Of a stretch of DNA of 64,000 bases, positions 29,915 through 41,447 are shown piece by piece. Location of the stretch: the sequence record SRR22947727_232; one strand, 5' to 3'. The translations under genes were made by a program, and so were the position numbers. Within the stretch, counting starts at the first letter, position 1. Each line of letters begins with the position of its first letter. The notes beneath the pieces were generated by a model that was given only the letters and a program-made list of their open reading frames with translations, was not told the origin of the DNA and ran no database searches.

Positions 29915-31369
29915 TTAAGTTCCGCAAAAAGTTTGGTAATTAGGATTTGGCTTAATGGTTGATTGCTGAAATGCTTCATTTGAAGTTGATAAAGTGAATG
30001 GATTTAATAAAGCAGCCAGGAGAGAGTTAAAAGGCTTCATATCCCCGTTTTCTGCTGCCAATAGAGCCTCTTCTACAAAATGGTTATAGGGAACGATGAC
30101 TGGGTTATGTTTACGCATCAAAATTAATGCTGATTTAGTTGTCTTTGAATTTCTTAATAACCTTTGTTGCCAAACTTCGTACCATTTTTTAAAGTCAGGT
30201 GATTTATATATTTTATTTTCAGACAATCTTTCATATGAAAGATCCCTAAATGTACTTGTAAAGTCTGCTTTTGCAGTTTCCATCCACTTAAAAAGATTCT
30301 GAGCTAATACATAATCATCCTCTTCTTCATTAAAAAGTCCAAGCTTAGACCGCATACCAGAAATCCATGCACTATTAAATTCTTTTGCAAATCCACTTAT
30401 TGAGACTTCGGCTAGCTTTAATGCATCGTCCATATTTTCGTGTAAAAGCGGTAAAAGACTTTCAGCAAGTTTTGTCAAATTCCAATGCGCAACATGCGCT
30501 TGGCTTCCATATTCATAACGTCCATTTTGATCAATTGAGCTAAATACTTTGTTCATAGAAAAGATATCGATGAAAGCACATGGGCCATAATCAATTGTCT
30601 CACCGCTAATAGTCATATTATCGGTATTCATAACGCCATGAATAAAACCAACATGCATCCATAAGGCAATAAGTTTAGCTTGCTGAGAAATAACAGCTTT
30701 AAGAAAGCTTAAATAGGGATTTTCCTGATTAGTAAGTTCTGGATAATGCCGTTTTATTGTATAATCAGCCAAATTCTTAAGCGCTTCGCTATCGAGCATT
30801 TTACTTGCATATTCAAAAGTACCCACCCTTATATGGCTGGATGCAACCCTCGTCAATATTGCACCTTTCATTAAAGATGATCGCATTATTGATTCACCGG
30901 TTGATACAACAGCTAAACTTCTGGTCGTGCGAATATTGAGCGCATACATTGCCTCGCTGATAATATATTCTCTCAACATTGGAGCAAGCGCAGCTCTTCC
31001 ATCTCCATTTCTTGAATAAGGAGTTTGACCTGAACCTTTAAACTGTATGTCATAACGCTTTCCATTCGCAGAGATTTGTTCACCAATCAAATGTGCACGA
31101 CCATCACCAAGAATAGAAAAGTGACCAAACTGGTGACCTGCATATGCTTGTGAAATTGGTTTTGCTTTTTCTGGTAATTTATTACCTGAAAAAAGTTGTG
31201 CAAGAAGCTCTTTATCGTCGGGTAAATCGATACCTATCAAATTTGATAACTCTTTATTATAAATAATAAGGTTAGGTTTATTTACCGGAGTTGGATTTAT
31301 GCGTGTATAAAATTGCCTAGGTAGGTCTGCGTAGGTATTTTCTAACTGCCATGTATTTAAAATATTCAT
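29915..31369 (-). CDS. selO: Protein adenylyltransferase SelO (YdiU)
   Basis: YAGHQFG, LGDGRA, KGSG.TPYSR.GDGRA, HGVMNTDN, C-terminal TFCGT. Confidence 0.95.
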   Translation of the reverse strand: MNILNTWQLENTYADLPRQFYTRINPTPVNKPNLIIYNKELSNLIGIDLPDDKELLAQLFSGNKLPEKAKPISQAYAGHQFGHFSILGDGRAHLIGEQISANGKRYDIQFKGSGQTPYSRNGDGRAALAPMLREYIISEAMYALNIRTTRSLAVVSTGESIMRSSLMKGAILTRVASSHIRVGTFEYASKMLDSEALKNLADYTIKRHYPELTNQENPYLSFLKAVISQQAKLIALWMHVGFIHGVMNTDNMTISGETIDYGPCAFIDIFSMNKVFSSIDQNGRYEYGSQAHVAHWNLTKLAESLLPLLHENMDDALKLAEVSISGFAKEFNSAWISGMRSKLGLFNEEEDDYVLAQNLFKWMETAKADFTSTFRDLSYERLSENKIYKSPDFKKWYEVWQQRLLRNSKTTKSALILMRKHNPVIVPYNHFVEEALLAAENGDMKPFNSLLAALLNPFTLSTSNEAFQQSTIKPNPNYQTFCGT

Positions 31370-31376
31370 TATAAAT

Positions 31377-31589
31377 TTATAGGTCTAACTCTTGGTTATC
31401 AATAAATTCTTGAGTTTTATGTTGTTGCGCTACCCAATTCTCAATCACGGCATAGCTCCATAAAGCTGTCCTGTCTCTCATTTCTATAGGAGAGGGAAAT
31501 TTTCCGTCTTTAATCCATTGCCTAAGAGTGTCTTTATTTATCTTTAAAGAGCTGGTGATATCATCAATATTCAAATAACATTCTTTCAC
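31377..31589 (-). CDS. AlpA/excisionase-like HTH protein
   Basis: TLRQWIKDGKFPSPI...W....IENW pattern; GTG start. Confidence 0.75.
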   Translation of the reverse strand: MKECYLNIDDITSSLKINKDTLRQWIKDGKFPSPIEMRDRTALWSYAVIENWVAQQHKTQEFIDNQELDL

Positions 31590-31693
31590 ATTTTTTATAT
31601 TAGCAAAAATTGAACATTTAGACTTGTTTCATACTATTATTTTGATACTATGTTGAACAATTAAAAAAAAAATTAAACTAAAGGAAAAGACAG

Positions 31694-31912
31694 ATGAAAA
31701 AATTATTAGCTTTACTAGCGGTTGCTGCACTTTTTGCAGGATGTGCTACCAAAGAACCTGAAAAAGGATTTCACCCTACTGATGATGTAAATTCAAATGC
31801 TCAAGGGGGTAAAGGCTTTGAAAGTGATGGTTCTGAGGTTGATTTTGGATTAGATGAAGAGCCAGCAAAAGTTCAGTACGAAGACCCAAAAAAATATTAC
31901 CCTAAAAAGTAA
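31694..31912 (+). CDS. Small lipoprotein
   Basis: MKK leader, lipobox FAGC, SD AAGGA, followed by a terminator. Confidence 0.8.
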   Translation: MKKLLALLAVAALFAGCATKEPEKGFHPTDDVNSNAQGGKGFESDGSEVDFGLDEEPAKVQYEDPKKYYPKK

Positions 31913-31934
31913 TTTTATTTTAAAAGTGTAGGAT

Positions 31935-31964
31935 AAAAAAAAGAGCCTTTAGGCTCTTTTTTTT
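31935..31964. terminator. Bidirectional intrinsic terminator
   Basis: A-tract, GAGCCT/AGGCTC stem, T-tract, between convergent genes. Confidence 0.85.
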
Positions 31965-32003
31965 AATCAAACTATAAAATAATTTCTGAATGAAAATTTT
32001 TAC

Positions 32004-32189
32004 TTACATGTTTTTTCCACAACATTTCTTAAATTTGCGTCTATTACCACAAATGCAAGGGTCGTTACGCCCAATCTTTGGAGTATCTCGTATAATTGCA
32101 GTTGCAGGCGGACAGCAGCTTGTGTCACTGCAACAGACTCCGTCTTTATTAAGTATTTCGTCAGATGATTCGTCTATTTTTTCAATCAT
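32004..32189 (-). CDS. Small SEC-C motif metal-binding protein with extra CC pairs
   Basis: [21 protein letters not shown] plus upstream CCSDTSCC. Confidence 0.85.
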   Translation of the reverse strand: MIEKIDESSDEILNKDGVCCSDTSCCPPATAIIRDTPKIGRNDPCICGNRRKFKKCCGKNM

Positions 32190-32276
32190 ATTTTATAACT
32201 CTCTAACAAACCACATTAGATCAATTGGAAGATTAAATTAACAATGCAGCCTAGAGCATTAGAAAGATAAACTCAA

Positions 32277-32375
32277 TTAATCTTTACAACAGCATTTATC
32301 TTTACAACAAGAACAAGTTTTTTCTGTACAACATTTTGAAGCTTTGCAATTGCATTTACATTTATCTTGTGTCAT
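32277..32375 (-). CDS. Metallothionein-like peptide, 32 aa with 11 Cys
   Basis: Read by hand: MTQDKCKCNCKASKCCTEKTCSCCKDKCCCKD; SD AAGGAG 6 nt before the ATG; below the ORF-track cutoff. Confidence 0.8.
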   Translation of the reverse strand: MTQDKCKCNCKASKCCTEKTCSCCKDKCCCKD

Positions 32376-32435
32376 AAAATTCTCCTTATTTTTTAAATTA
32401 AATATTAGTTACTTATTTCGAAATTTTCAAACAGT

Positions 32436-32485
32436 AACCCTATTATAATCATGGATTTATGTTAAATTAATTAGTTGATCTGGGG
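32436..32485 (-). repeat. Degenerate copy of the tmRNA 3' end and flank (att-like remnant)
   Basis: 36/50 ungapped identity, counted by hand, to 34646-34695. Confidence 0.6.
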
Positions 32486-32749
32486 ACCTCATAATAGAAA
32501 TTATGAACCATGATCTGTAAATTAGTTGCTGTTAGAAATTCAATTCCTACTTAAAAAAATAAATAACAGGGCTTGCATCGTTTAAAGATATTTTATTTTT
32601 TTTATAACTAGATCTCCGGTAGAAAACCAATCATCGTAAATACATATAAAGTATTAGAATTACCTATTCTTCTGTAAATTATAAAAAAACGCACATTTTG
32701 AAGGGTATGCATTTTTTTAAATCTAAATAGTAAAATTTAGCTTATAAAG

Positions 32750-34183
32750 CTATTCGTTCTGATCAAAGTTCACCACTGATTCATCATCATCAGTTCGATT
32801 GAATCCACAATTATCACCAACCAAAGGATCTTTTAATAAAACGTCCTTGAATAACCAAGGATCCATTCCTTTACCAAAATAATAACAAAATGGTTTTGGG
32901 ATGTTGAGGTGTCCGCCATGGCTTTTTAAAAATACACTGTAATATTTATCAATTGATAATGAGTTTATTGCTCCAGTTAAAACCGAAATAGTTATAATTA
33001 ACACAGGTATAAATTTTTTTAAATTTCCCTCGTGTTTTGAAAACGCATATAAAAATGCAGTAATACACAAAAGTAATGGTGGGACAATATATCTGCTATA
33101 CCAAACGTCTTTTACGGAGTAAATGGAAGGATGAGCTATTATGTTTGCTGTATTCAGAGCTATACCAGATAATAATAATGACACGCTGATAAACATGTCT
33201 AATCTACTTTTCAATTGTACTGTAACTATAAACCATGAAGCCAGCACCAATTTATAAATAAATGCACCGGAAAAAAAAGAAATAAGTGAATGGTTTAATA
33301 CTTCAATTGCACGCCAAGCATTTATATTGAGGGTGCTCAGAGTCAAGTGATTGAATTCACCAATAGTGTGTGTGTGTTCTCTGAGTGGAGTAGGTGTGAA
33401 GAATTCGAACAAAAATCTACCTATGCTTACATAAAATATGAAATAAATTATTAATGTTAATATGTAAGTAGTAGCGGCATTGTTGATTCGACGTTCTGAC
33501 GCTGAGATTACTAATGAAATAGCTGCCAAGAGAGCCAGCAAGGCTAAAAATGCTTCGTCAAGTGTGGCAAGAAGAAATAGGCCAAGACTTGATAATAGAT
33601 AATATGGTAAGTTTTTTTTAAAGCTCAAATATGTTGTTTTGTTCATTAAAAAATGATTAATCAAATATAAGCAAGCTGCAAAAGCTAATACTTTTGCTGA
33701 TCTTCCATGAAAATAGTAAAGACTCGTCTGTATGTTAAAAAAGAATAAAACTGATGAAGCTGTCAAGAGACGGCTTGATAGAGGTATGAGAGGAAATAAT
33801 ATTTGGATGGTTTTCTGGCCAACAAAAATGAGAAGTCCAAAGCCTAGATATTGAAAGGGTTGTCTGATTCCCCAGTCAGGAAAATAGTCATTGACCGCTA
33901 CGATTAAATTGGGCTCGATATAGCCAATTAAAAAAGCTAGTAGCCTAGGGCGGTACCCCCCAAACTCAACTATTTGCAGATTAAAGGTTTTTTTATATAA
34001 ACCTTCTATAAAACCTTCCCCTGGATGATTGAGTAATTTCGGGAAAGTAAGAACCAACTCAGGATGTACAATTGGCAAACGAATGTATATATTGTAAATA
34101 AAATATATAATAGCAATTAAAAAAATTAAAAATGCAGTAGTATTTATATACTTATTGTTTAAGTTAAATTTACTATTATTCAA
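32750..34183 (-). CDS. Polytopic membrane protein, probable GT-C-type glycosyltransferase
   Basis: Many TM segments, periplasmic GGYRPRLL motif after the first TM, late YSRY motif; isolated by long spacers beside tmRNA. Confidence 0.55.
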   Translation of the reverse strand: MNNSKFNLNNKYINTTAFLIFLIAIIYFIYNIYIRLPIVHPELVLTFPKLLNHPGEGFIEGLYKKTFNLQIVEFGGYRPRLLAFLIGYIEPNLIVAVNDYFPDWGIRQPFQYLGFGLLIFVGQKTIQILFPLIPLSSRLLTASSVLFFFNIQTSLYYFHGRSAKVLAFAACLYLINHFLMNKTTYLSFKKNLPYYLLSSLGLFLLATLDEAFLALLALLAAISLVISASERRINNAATTYILTLIIYFIFYVSIGRFLFEFFTPTPLREHTHTIGEFNHLTLSTLNINAWRAIEVLNHSLISFFSGAFIYKLVLASWFIVTVQLKSRLDMFISVSLLLSGIALNTANIIAHPSIYSVKDVWYSRYIVPPLLLCITAFLYAFSKHEGNLKKFIPVLIITISVLTGAINSLSIDKYYSVFLKSHGGHLNIPKPFCYYFGKGMDPWLFKDVLLKDPLVGDNCGFNRTDDDESVVNFDQNE

Positions 34184-34641
34184 TTTTGGAATTTACTATT
34201 GCTCAATGTTGGGTCCTTTTATGGACTTTTTAAAAAGTTTATAACCCAGAGCTATTCTTGTAGAATTTATTTTCATTATAATTTAACAAAGAAAACCAAG
34301 CTTTCGTTATTAAAGCTTAATTATCAGTGACACTAAATGCAAAAGATTATAACCCGTATTCTTATTTTAAGGTAACTACTCAGCCCAAATCCCTGGATCA
34401 GCTTAAGCTTTCAGGTAATAACTCTCGCATTAATGCTAAGAAATAATAGGCAAGTGCCGCCATTAAAAAGTACACGGCATTCGCCTCAAATTCGCTACCA
34501 GGTAAATAATAGCGCCATAAAGTTTATTTAAAGTTTAATCATTAAAGTGTCAATTTGATAACTAAAAAGGTCATTGGGGGTATGAGTAGCGGATACCAAG
34601 GTACATGTTAGACTACTTGTTAATAACAATTTAGATATAAT

Positions 34642-34669
34642 AAAAAAACCCATTATAATCAAGGGTTTA
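34642..34669 (-). terminator. tmRNA terminator overlapping an IHF-consensus site
   Basis: Minus strand AAACCCTTGATTATAATGGGTTTTTTT; plus strand 34657-34669 AATCAAGGGTTTA matches WATCAANNNNTTR. Confidence 0.65.
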
Positions 34670-34681
34670 TCTTGGTAAAAG

Positions 34682-35036
34682 TGGTGGAGCTGGGGGGAAT
34701 CGAACCCCCGTCCGCAAGCCCTCTGCAGGCAGTTCTACATACTTAGCTATGTTGTTTATGTTTAACTTTTACTTCACCAACAAGCAAGCAAATATAAAAG
34801 CGAGTTACCTTAAGTTTAAGAAATTACTAAGTAGCCCAATAATTTCCGAGTCTCTCTTTATGACGCTGTAACCTGAGCGAGTGACCCATCAGGACAGCGT
34901 TTAGCTGGAATTAAGCAGCTAAAGCGTAGTTATCGTCATTTGCGATTACTGTTTTTCTAGTTTATTAACGAGGTACCTAGAAGCCTCGGTATGCACTGAT
35001 CTGTTTTGTAACCCACGTCGAAACCGGGTCAGCCCC
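34682..35036 (-). ncRNA. ssrA: tmRNA, tag peptide (A)ANDDNYALAA
   Basis: 5' GGGGCTGACCCGGTTTCGAC, 3' GGTTCGATTCCCCCCAGCTCCACCA, tag frame 34943-34911, directly downstream of smpB. Confidence 0.97.
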
Positions 35037-35054
35037 AATCAACTTCCTATTATA

Positions 35055-35510
35055 CTACTTTCCCTTGCTAGTTGCGCTGAGAATCTGTTTACGCTCCCTA
35101 TTCCAATCCTTTTCCTTCTCAGCCTGTCTTTTATCGTATTGTTTTTTACCTTTAGCCAATCCTATTTCACACTTTATCTTGCCTTTACTAAAGTGCATGT
35201 CCAGTGGGACTAGTGTAAAACCTGAACGTTCAACTTTGCCGATCAGTTTTGCAATCTCATCATGATTTAAGAGTAGCTTACGCGTACGAATATTATCCGG
35301 GTTGATATGAGTGGAAGCGCTGCCTAAAGGCGTGATATGGCATCCCAAAAGATAGATCTCACCCTTTTGAATAATAACGTATGCCTCTTTAATGTTGACC
35401 CTATTATCTCTGATTGCTTTAACTTCCCAACCTTCTAAGACAATACCTGCTTCGTATTTATCTTCAACGAAGTAATCATGGTAGGCTTTTTTATTTTGTA
35501 TAATGCTCAT
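35055..35510 (-). CDS. smpB: SsrA-binding protein
   Basis: [35 protein letters not shown]. Confidence 0.97.
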   Translation of the reverse strand: MSIIQNKKAYHDYFVEDKYEAGIVLEGWEVKAIRDNRVNIKEAYVIIQKGEIYLLGCHITPLGSASTHINPDNIRTRKLLLNHDEIAKLIGKVERSGFTLVPLDMHFSKGKIKCEIGLAKGKKQYDKRQAEKEKDWNRERKQILSATSKGK

Positions 35511-35567
35511 AAGAAATGTTAAATTTATTATCTTTTAATTGTACGCTATAAGTAATATTATCACTTC

Positions 35568-36002
35568 ATGGTCTCCATCAAAAAAAGTGCGCTAGTTTTA
35601 TACTCAAGAGAAGAAATATTCGCCTTAGTAGATAATGTTGAGGAGTATGAAAATTTTCTTCCATGGTGTGGAGGAACTGAGATCATAAATAAATCCGATA
35701 AAATCACGAAAGCATCCATTAAAATTAATTATCACGGCGTCAAGCAAACATTCACTACAGAAAATAACAAAACCTTCCCTGAAAAAATGGTAATCAAATT
35801 GATCAATGGACCATTCAAAGAGCTTAGCGGTGAATGGCGCTTTAAAGAACTTGATAAGAATGCGTGTCGTATAGAGTTGGAATTACACTACCAATTTAGC
35901 AACATTATTTTAGAAAAACTCATCTCACCTGTGTTTAATATCATTGCCAATACGTTCATTGATAATTTTGTTAAAGAGGCCAACAGGAGAAAGGATGCCT
36001 GA
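35568..36002 (+). CDS. ratA: RatA/PasT (YfjG) START-domain protein
   Basis: LVDNVEEYENFLPWC, GPFKELSGEW; divergent from smpB. Confidence 0.9.
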   Translation: MVSIKKSALVLYSREEIFALVDNVEEYENFLPWCGGTEIINKSDKITKASIKINYHGVKQTFTTENNKTFPEKMVIKLINGPFKELSGEWRFKELDKNACRIELELHYQFSNIILEKLISPVFNIIANTFIDNFVKEANRRKDA

Positions 36003-36276
36003 TGAAATATTAGTCGAAGTTGCTTATGCGTTGCCTGAAGAACAACTCATTATCTCCATTAAAGTTCCAAGCAAGTTTGACGTCAAGCAAGCAATTGAAA
36101 AGTCAGGTATTCAAAAAAAATTCCCCTGCATTGATTTATCAAAAAATAAAGTCGGTATTTTTGGGAAAAAAACCAAACTCGATCATCCTTTAAATGACAG
36201 AGACCGTATTGAAATTTATCGGCCATTAATTTTAGATCCCAAGGAAATGAGGAGAAAAAGAGCAGCCAAAAAATAA
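35995..36276 (+). CDS. ratB: RnfH/RatB ubiquitin-like protein
   Basis: VEVAYA, VGIFGK, DRIEIYRPL.DPKE.RR; start placed at the ATG at 35995. Confidence 0.9.
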   Translation: MPDEILVEVAYALPEEQLIISIKVPSKFDVKQAIEKSGIQKKFPCIDLSKNKVGIFGKKTKLDHPLNDRDRIEIYRPLILDPKEMRRKRAAKK

Positions 36277-36304
36277 ATGAATTGCAAGCCTAAGCTTTTT
36301 TTAA

Positions 36305-37828
<1,524 letters not shown>

Positions 37829-37865
37829 TTTTACTCACTTTTAAATAAAAGCGAATTAATTCTTA

Positions 37866-39425
37866 ATGGATAAAATTTTAATTATTGATTTTGGTTCTCA
37901 ATACACTCAACTTATTGCAAGAAGAGTCAGAGAGCTTAATGTCTATTGTGAAATTTTCCCCTATGACGCTTCTATTGAAAAAATTAATTCATTTGAAGCC
38001 CGCGGGATCATCCTTTCCGGTGGACCTAATTCAGTTTATGAAAATGAAACACCCAATGTCAGCTCACATATTTTTGATCTAGGGATCCCAATTTTAGGTA
38101 TTTGCTATGGCATGCAAACGATGGTGAATCAATTGGGAGGCACTGTTGTAAATAGTAATGAAAGAGAATTTGGCTATGCAGAAATTAGGGCTCAAGGACA
38201 TTCTGATTTATTAAAAGATATTGAAGATAAAAAAAATGATGAGGGTCATGGGTTACTTGACGTATGGATGAGCCATGGAGACAAAGTCAATCAATTGCCT
38301 GACGGTTTTGAAATTATTTGCAGCAATCAATCTACCCCAATAGCGGGTATTGCGAATAAATCAAAGCATTTCTATGGATTACAATTTCATCCTGAGGTGA
38401 CCCACACAAAAAAAGGATTTGAAATAATCAAAAAGTTTGTAATTGATATATCAGCGTGTAAGCCTGAGTGGAATATGCCAAATTACATTGAAACAGCAGT
38501 AAAAAAAATACAAGAAGCCGTCGGCTCAGATGAGGTTATTTTAGGACTTTCAGGAGGTGTTGATTCGTCTGTTGCTGCAGCATTAATTCATAAAGCGATT
38601 GGTAACCAATTAACCTGTGTTTTTGTTGATCACGGCCTACTTAGACTGAATGAAGGCAAGATAGTGATGAAAACATTTAAGGAAAACTTAGGTGTTAAGG
38701 TGATTCATGTCAATGCAGAAGGTAAGTTTTTAGAGGATCTAGAGGGAATTACTGATCCCGAAGAAAAAAGGAAAATTATTGGCCGCGATTTTGTAGAAAT
38801 TTTCCAAGAAGAATCCAAAGAATATCCTCAAGTTAAATGGTTGGCGCAAGGCACTATATATCCTGATGTCATTGAATCTGCAGGAGGTGATACAAAAAAA
38901 GCACATAATATCAAAAGTCATCACAACGTAGGGGGTCTTCCTGATACCTTAAAATTAAAATTACTAGAGCCTTTAAGAGATCTTTTTAAGGATGAAGTCA
39001 GGAAATTAGGTGTTGAGCTTGGCCTTCCAAAAGATATGGTTTACAGACATCCCTTCCCCGGCCCAGGTCTAGGCGTTAGGATCTTAGGTGAAATAAAAAA
39101 AGATTTTGCTGATTTACTGAGAGGTGCAGATGCGATTTTTATTGAGGAGCTAAAAAAATCAGGTTGGTATGACAAAACATCCCAAGCTTTTGCCGTTTTC
39201 CTTCCTGTAAAATCAGTAGGGGTTATGGGAGATGCTCGGACTTATGAATACGTTGTTTCACTAAGAGCAGTTGTTACTTCAGATTTTATGACTGCAAACT
39301 GGGCTGAACTCCCATACGATTTACTTGGAAAAGTCTCAAACAGAATTATTAATGAGGTCAAAGGTATCAATCGAGTTGTTTATGATGTCTCAGGTAAGCC
39401 ACCTTCAACCATTGAGTGGGAATGA
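37866..39425 (+). CDS. guaA: GMP synthase
   Basis: [28 protein letters not shown]. Confidence 0.97.
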   Translation: MDKILIIDFGSQYTQLIARRVRELNVYCEIFPYDASIEKINSFEARGIILSGGPNSVYENETPNVSSHIFDLGIPILGICYGMQTMVNQLGGTVVNSNEREFGYAEIRAQGHSDLLKDIEDKKNDEGHGLLDVWMSHGDKVNQLPDGFEIICSNQSTPIAGIANKSKHFYGLQFHPEVTHTKKGFEIIKKFVIDISACKPEWNMPNYIETAVKKIQEAVGSDEVILGLSGGVDSSVAAALIHKAIGNQLTCVFVDHGLLRLNEGKIVMKTFKENLGVKVIHVNAEGKFLEDLEGITDPEEKRKIIGRDFVEIFQEESKEYPQVKWLAQGTIYPDVIESAGGDTKKAHNIKSHHNVGGLPDTLKLKLLEPLRDLFKDEVRKLGVELGLPKDMVYRHPFPGPGLGVRILGEIKKDFADLLRGADAIFIEELKKSGWYDKTSQAFAVFLPVKSVGVMGDARTYEYVVSLRAVVTSDFMTANWAELPYDLLGKVSNRIINEVKGINRVVYDVSGKPPSTIEWE

Positions 39426-39693
39426 ATAAACCTATTTAGTTTTTTTTAGAAATATAAATAATTGACTATTTATGAAAAATATTTTCTAAAACTACTTTTG
39501 CTTTGGTAATTTTTTAGTTTTAACTTAGAATATTGGATTGAACTTTCTAATGAAATGAGTAAAGCCATTCTTCATAATAAAATATGATAAATCAAATCTC
39601 TAACTGGGTTACCAAAATTTACATCTTATTGCTTATGTTTAGTTTTGGTGCATCAAACGTCAACATAATTAAAGATATGATGAGGAGCCTATA

Positions 39694-40371
39694 ATGTCTG
39701 CACATTATCCATCAAGCAATGATGAAATCGACTTGTTTAAGCTTTTAGATACTCTTTGGGATGGTAAGTGGTTTATCATTTCGTTTACGGTGCTGGCTAC
39801 TTTGATAGGATTTGGTTACTCACAAGTTTCTGAACCCAAATACAACGTTTCCGTTACTTACAATTTAAATGATATTGATTCTTTGAGAAACAAAAAAATA
39901 TGTAGCAGTAAGAGTAATTGTTTCGATTCTTTATTAAGTTCTGGATGGACTAAAAACAAAAAAAAAGAGAGTCTATCACTTTCAACAACATCGCCATTGG
40001 ACATAAATGAATATGCAGCGCAACTGGAGGAAGCTAACAATTTAAAAACTAATGAAATTTATACGAGTGCTAAGGAAAATCTTCTTATCCTGAAAGCAGA
40101 GTCTATAGAATTTTTATCAATGATAAAGGCAGAGTTCCCAATAAATAATTTTATGTTAGGACCATTGGCTTTCAATGAAATATTATATTGTAATAAAATT
40201 ATTCATTCCATTGATAATGGAAATAGTGCATTTACCTTCGGTCCAATTCTTATTTCAAAGAAAACACCAGCAGTGCCTTTGATACTATTCATTTCAGCTG
40301 TGTTTGGTGGAATGCTTGGTATCGCCGTTACTCTCATTCGCTCCGAAATTCTTAATCGTAAAAAGAATTAA
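39694..40371 (+). CDS. Short Wzz-like polysaccharide chain-length determinant
   Basis: DEIDLFKL..LW.GKW, two terminal TMs, GGMLG motif; only 225 aa. Confidence 0.7.
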   Translation: MSAHYPSSNDEIDLFKLLDTLWDGKWFIISFTVLATLIGFGYSQVSEPKYNVSVTYNLNDIDSLRNKKICSSKSNCFDSLLSSGWTKNKKKESLSLSTTSPLDINEYAAQLEEANNLKTNEIYTSAKENLLILKAESIEFLSMIKAEFPINNFMLGPLAFNEILYCNKIIHSIDNGNSAFTFGPILISKKTPAVPLILFISAVFGGMLGIAVTLIRSEILNRKKN

Positions 40372-40430
40372 CTACAGCGTAAAAAAATTATGTGGGAGTA
40401 ATACCGGACATTTACTTCAGAACTAATCCA

Positions 40431-41396
40431 ATGACAAATTTTGATGCTCAGATTGATATAGTTTATTTATGGGTTAATTCTAATGATAAAAATTGGCAAG
40501 AAAAAAGACGCAGGTCTTTTGGTGTTTTTTTAAAAACCAATAAAGATGATATTGCTCTTTATGCTAACACTGATGGAAGATTTCGTGATAATGGTGAACT
40601 AATCTTTAATCTAAGATGCCTAGAAAAATTTTTTCCAGATCATGGGCATGTTTATATTGTGACTGATGAACAAAAACCGGAGTGGTTGGCCCAAAATAAA
40701 AGATTAACAGTTGTTGATCATAATGATATTATTCCAAAAAAAACAAACCAAATTTTTGCATCAGCAAATATTGAATCTTATATTCATCACATACCAAACT
40801 TATCTGAAAATTTCTTTTATTTAAATGATGATATATTTTTTGGGATGCCAGTAGATAAAAACTGGTGGTTTGATGGGGGATTGAAATATTTTTATGATAA
40901 CCAACCACATGATGAATATGGTGAGTTACAGTCAACGCTCCTATCCCCAATCAATTCGTCCATACAATCAAAGCTATGGTTAAAAGAAAAGTATTCAAAC
41001 TATAAACATCAAAATATAGCTCTAGCTCATGCACCAAGACCCTATAAAAAATCATTACTGCTAGAAATAGAAAAGGAGGCGATAGATTTATTTAACAAAG
41101 TCAGATTAACTAATTTTAGATCGTGGAAAACACCAGCTGTAATGGTAGATTTTGTTCCCAGATGGCTTGAATATCATGGATATGCGAAAATAAGGCCGTC
41201 AAATACTTTGTATATTGAAAGCGGTTCAAATGAAATTGAAATAGAGTTAGATCAACTTAAACAAAAATTTGGTAAAATACCATTTTTTTGTATTAATGAT
41301 ACCTGCGATAATGCAAACGCTTTGGATAGAAGGCTACAGTTAGTTAGAAGACAGATGGAAATGCTGGTATCGAGTAAATCTAATTTTGAAATCTAA
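40431..41396 (+). CDS. Stealth-family hexose-1-phosphate transferase
   Basis: CR1 IDIVYLWVN, CR2 RFRDNGEL and FFYLNDD, CR3 HAP, CR4 FFCIND. Confidence 0.9.
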   Translation: MTNFDAQIDIVYLWVNSNDKNWQEKRRRSFGVFLKTNKDDIALYANTDGRFRDNGELIFNLRCLEKFFPDHGHVYIVTDEQKPEWLAQNKRLTVVDHNDIIPKKTNQIFASANIESYIHHIPNLSENFFYLNDDIFFGMPVDKNWWFDGGLKYFYDNQPHDEYGELQSTLLSPINSSIQSKLWLKEKYSNYKHQNIALAHAPRPYKKSLLLEIEKEAIDLFNKVRLTNFRSWKTPAVMVDFVPRWLEYHGYAKIRPSNTLYIESGSNEIEIELDQLKQKFGKIPFFCINDTCDNANALDRRLQLVRRQMEMLVSSKSNFEI

Positions 41397-41447
41397 AAAG
41401 TTGCTCTAATCATTTATCTAGCAACATTCTTATAGTGAAACTTTAAT

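Noticed and set aside
31990-32241. 83-aa plus-strand ORF
   Set aside because: Antisense shadow of the SEC-C gene ([21 protein letters not shown] is the typical reverse reading of SEC-C).
32438-32467. Perfect XerD arm TTATGTTAAAT suggesting a dif site
   Set aside because: With the canonical 6-bp spacer the left arm does not resemble a XerC arm; it fits only with 8 bp, and the segment is better explained as the decayed tmRNA-flank copy. Not fully excluded.
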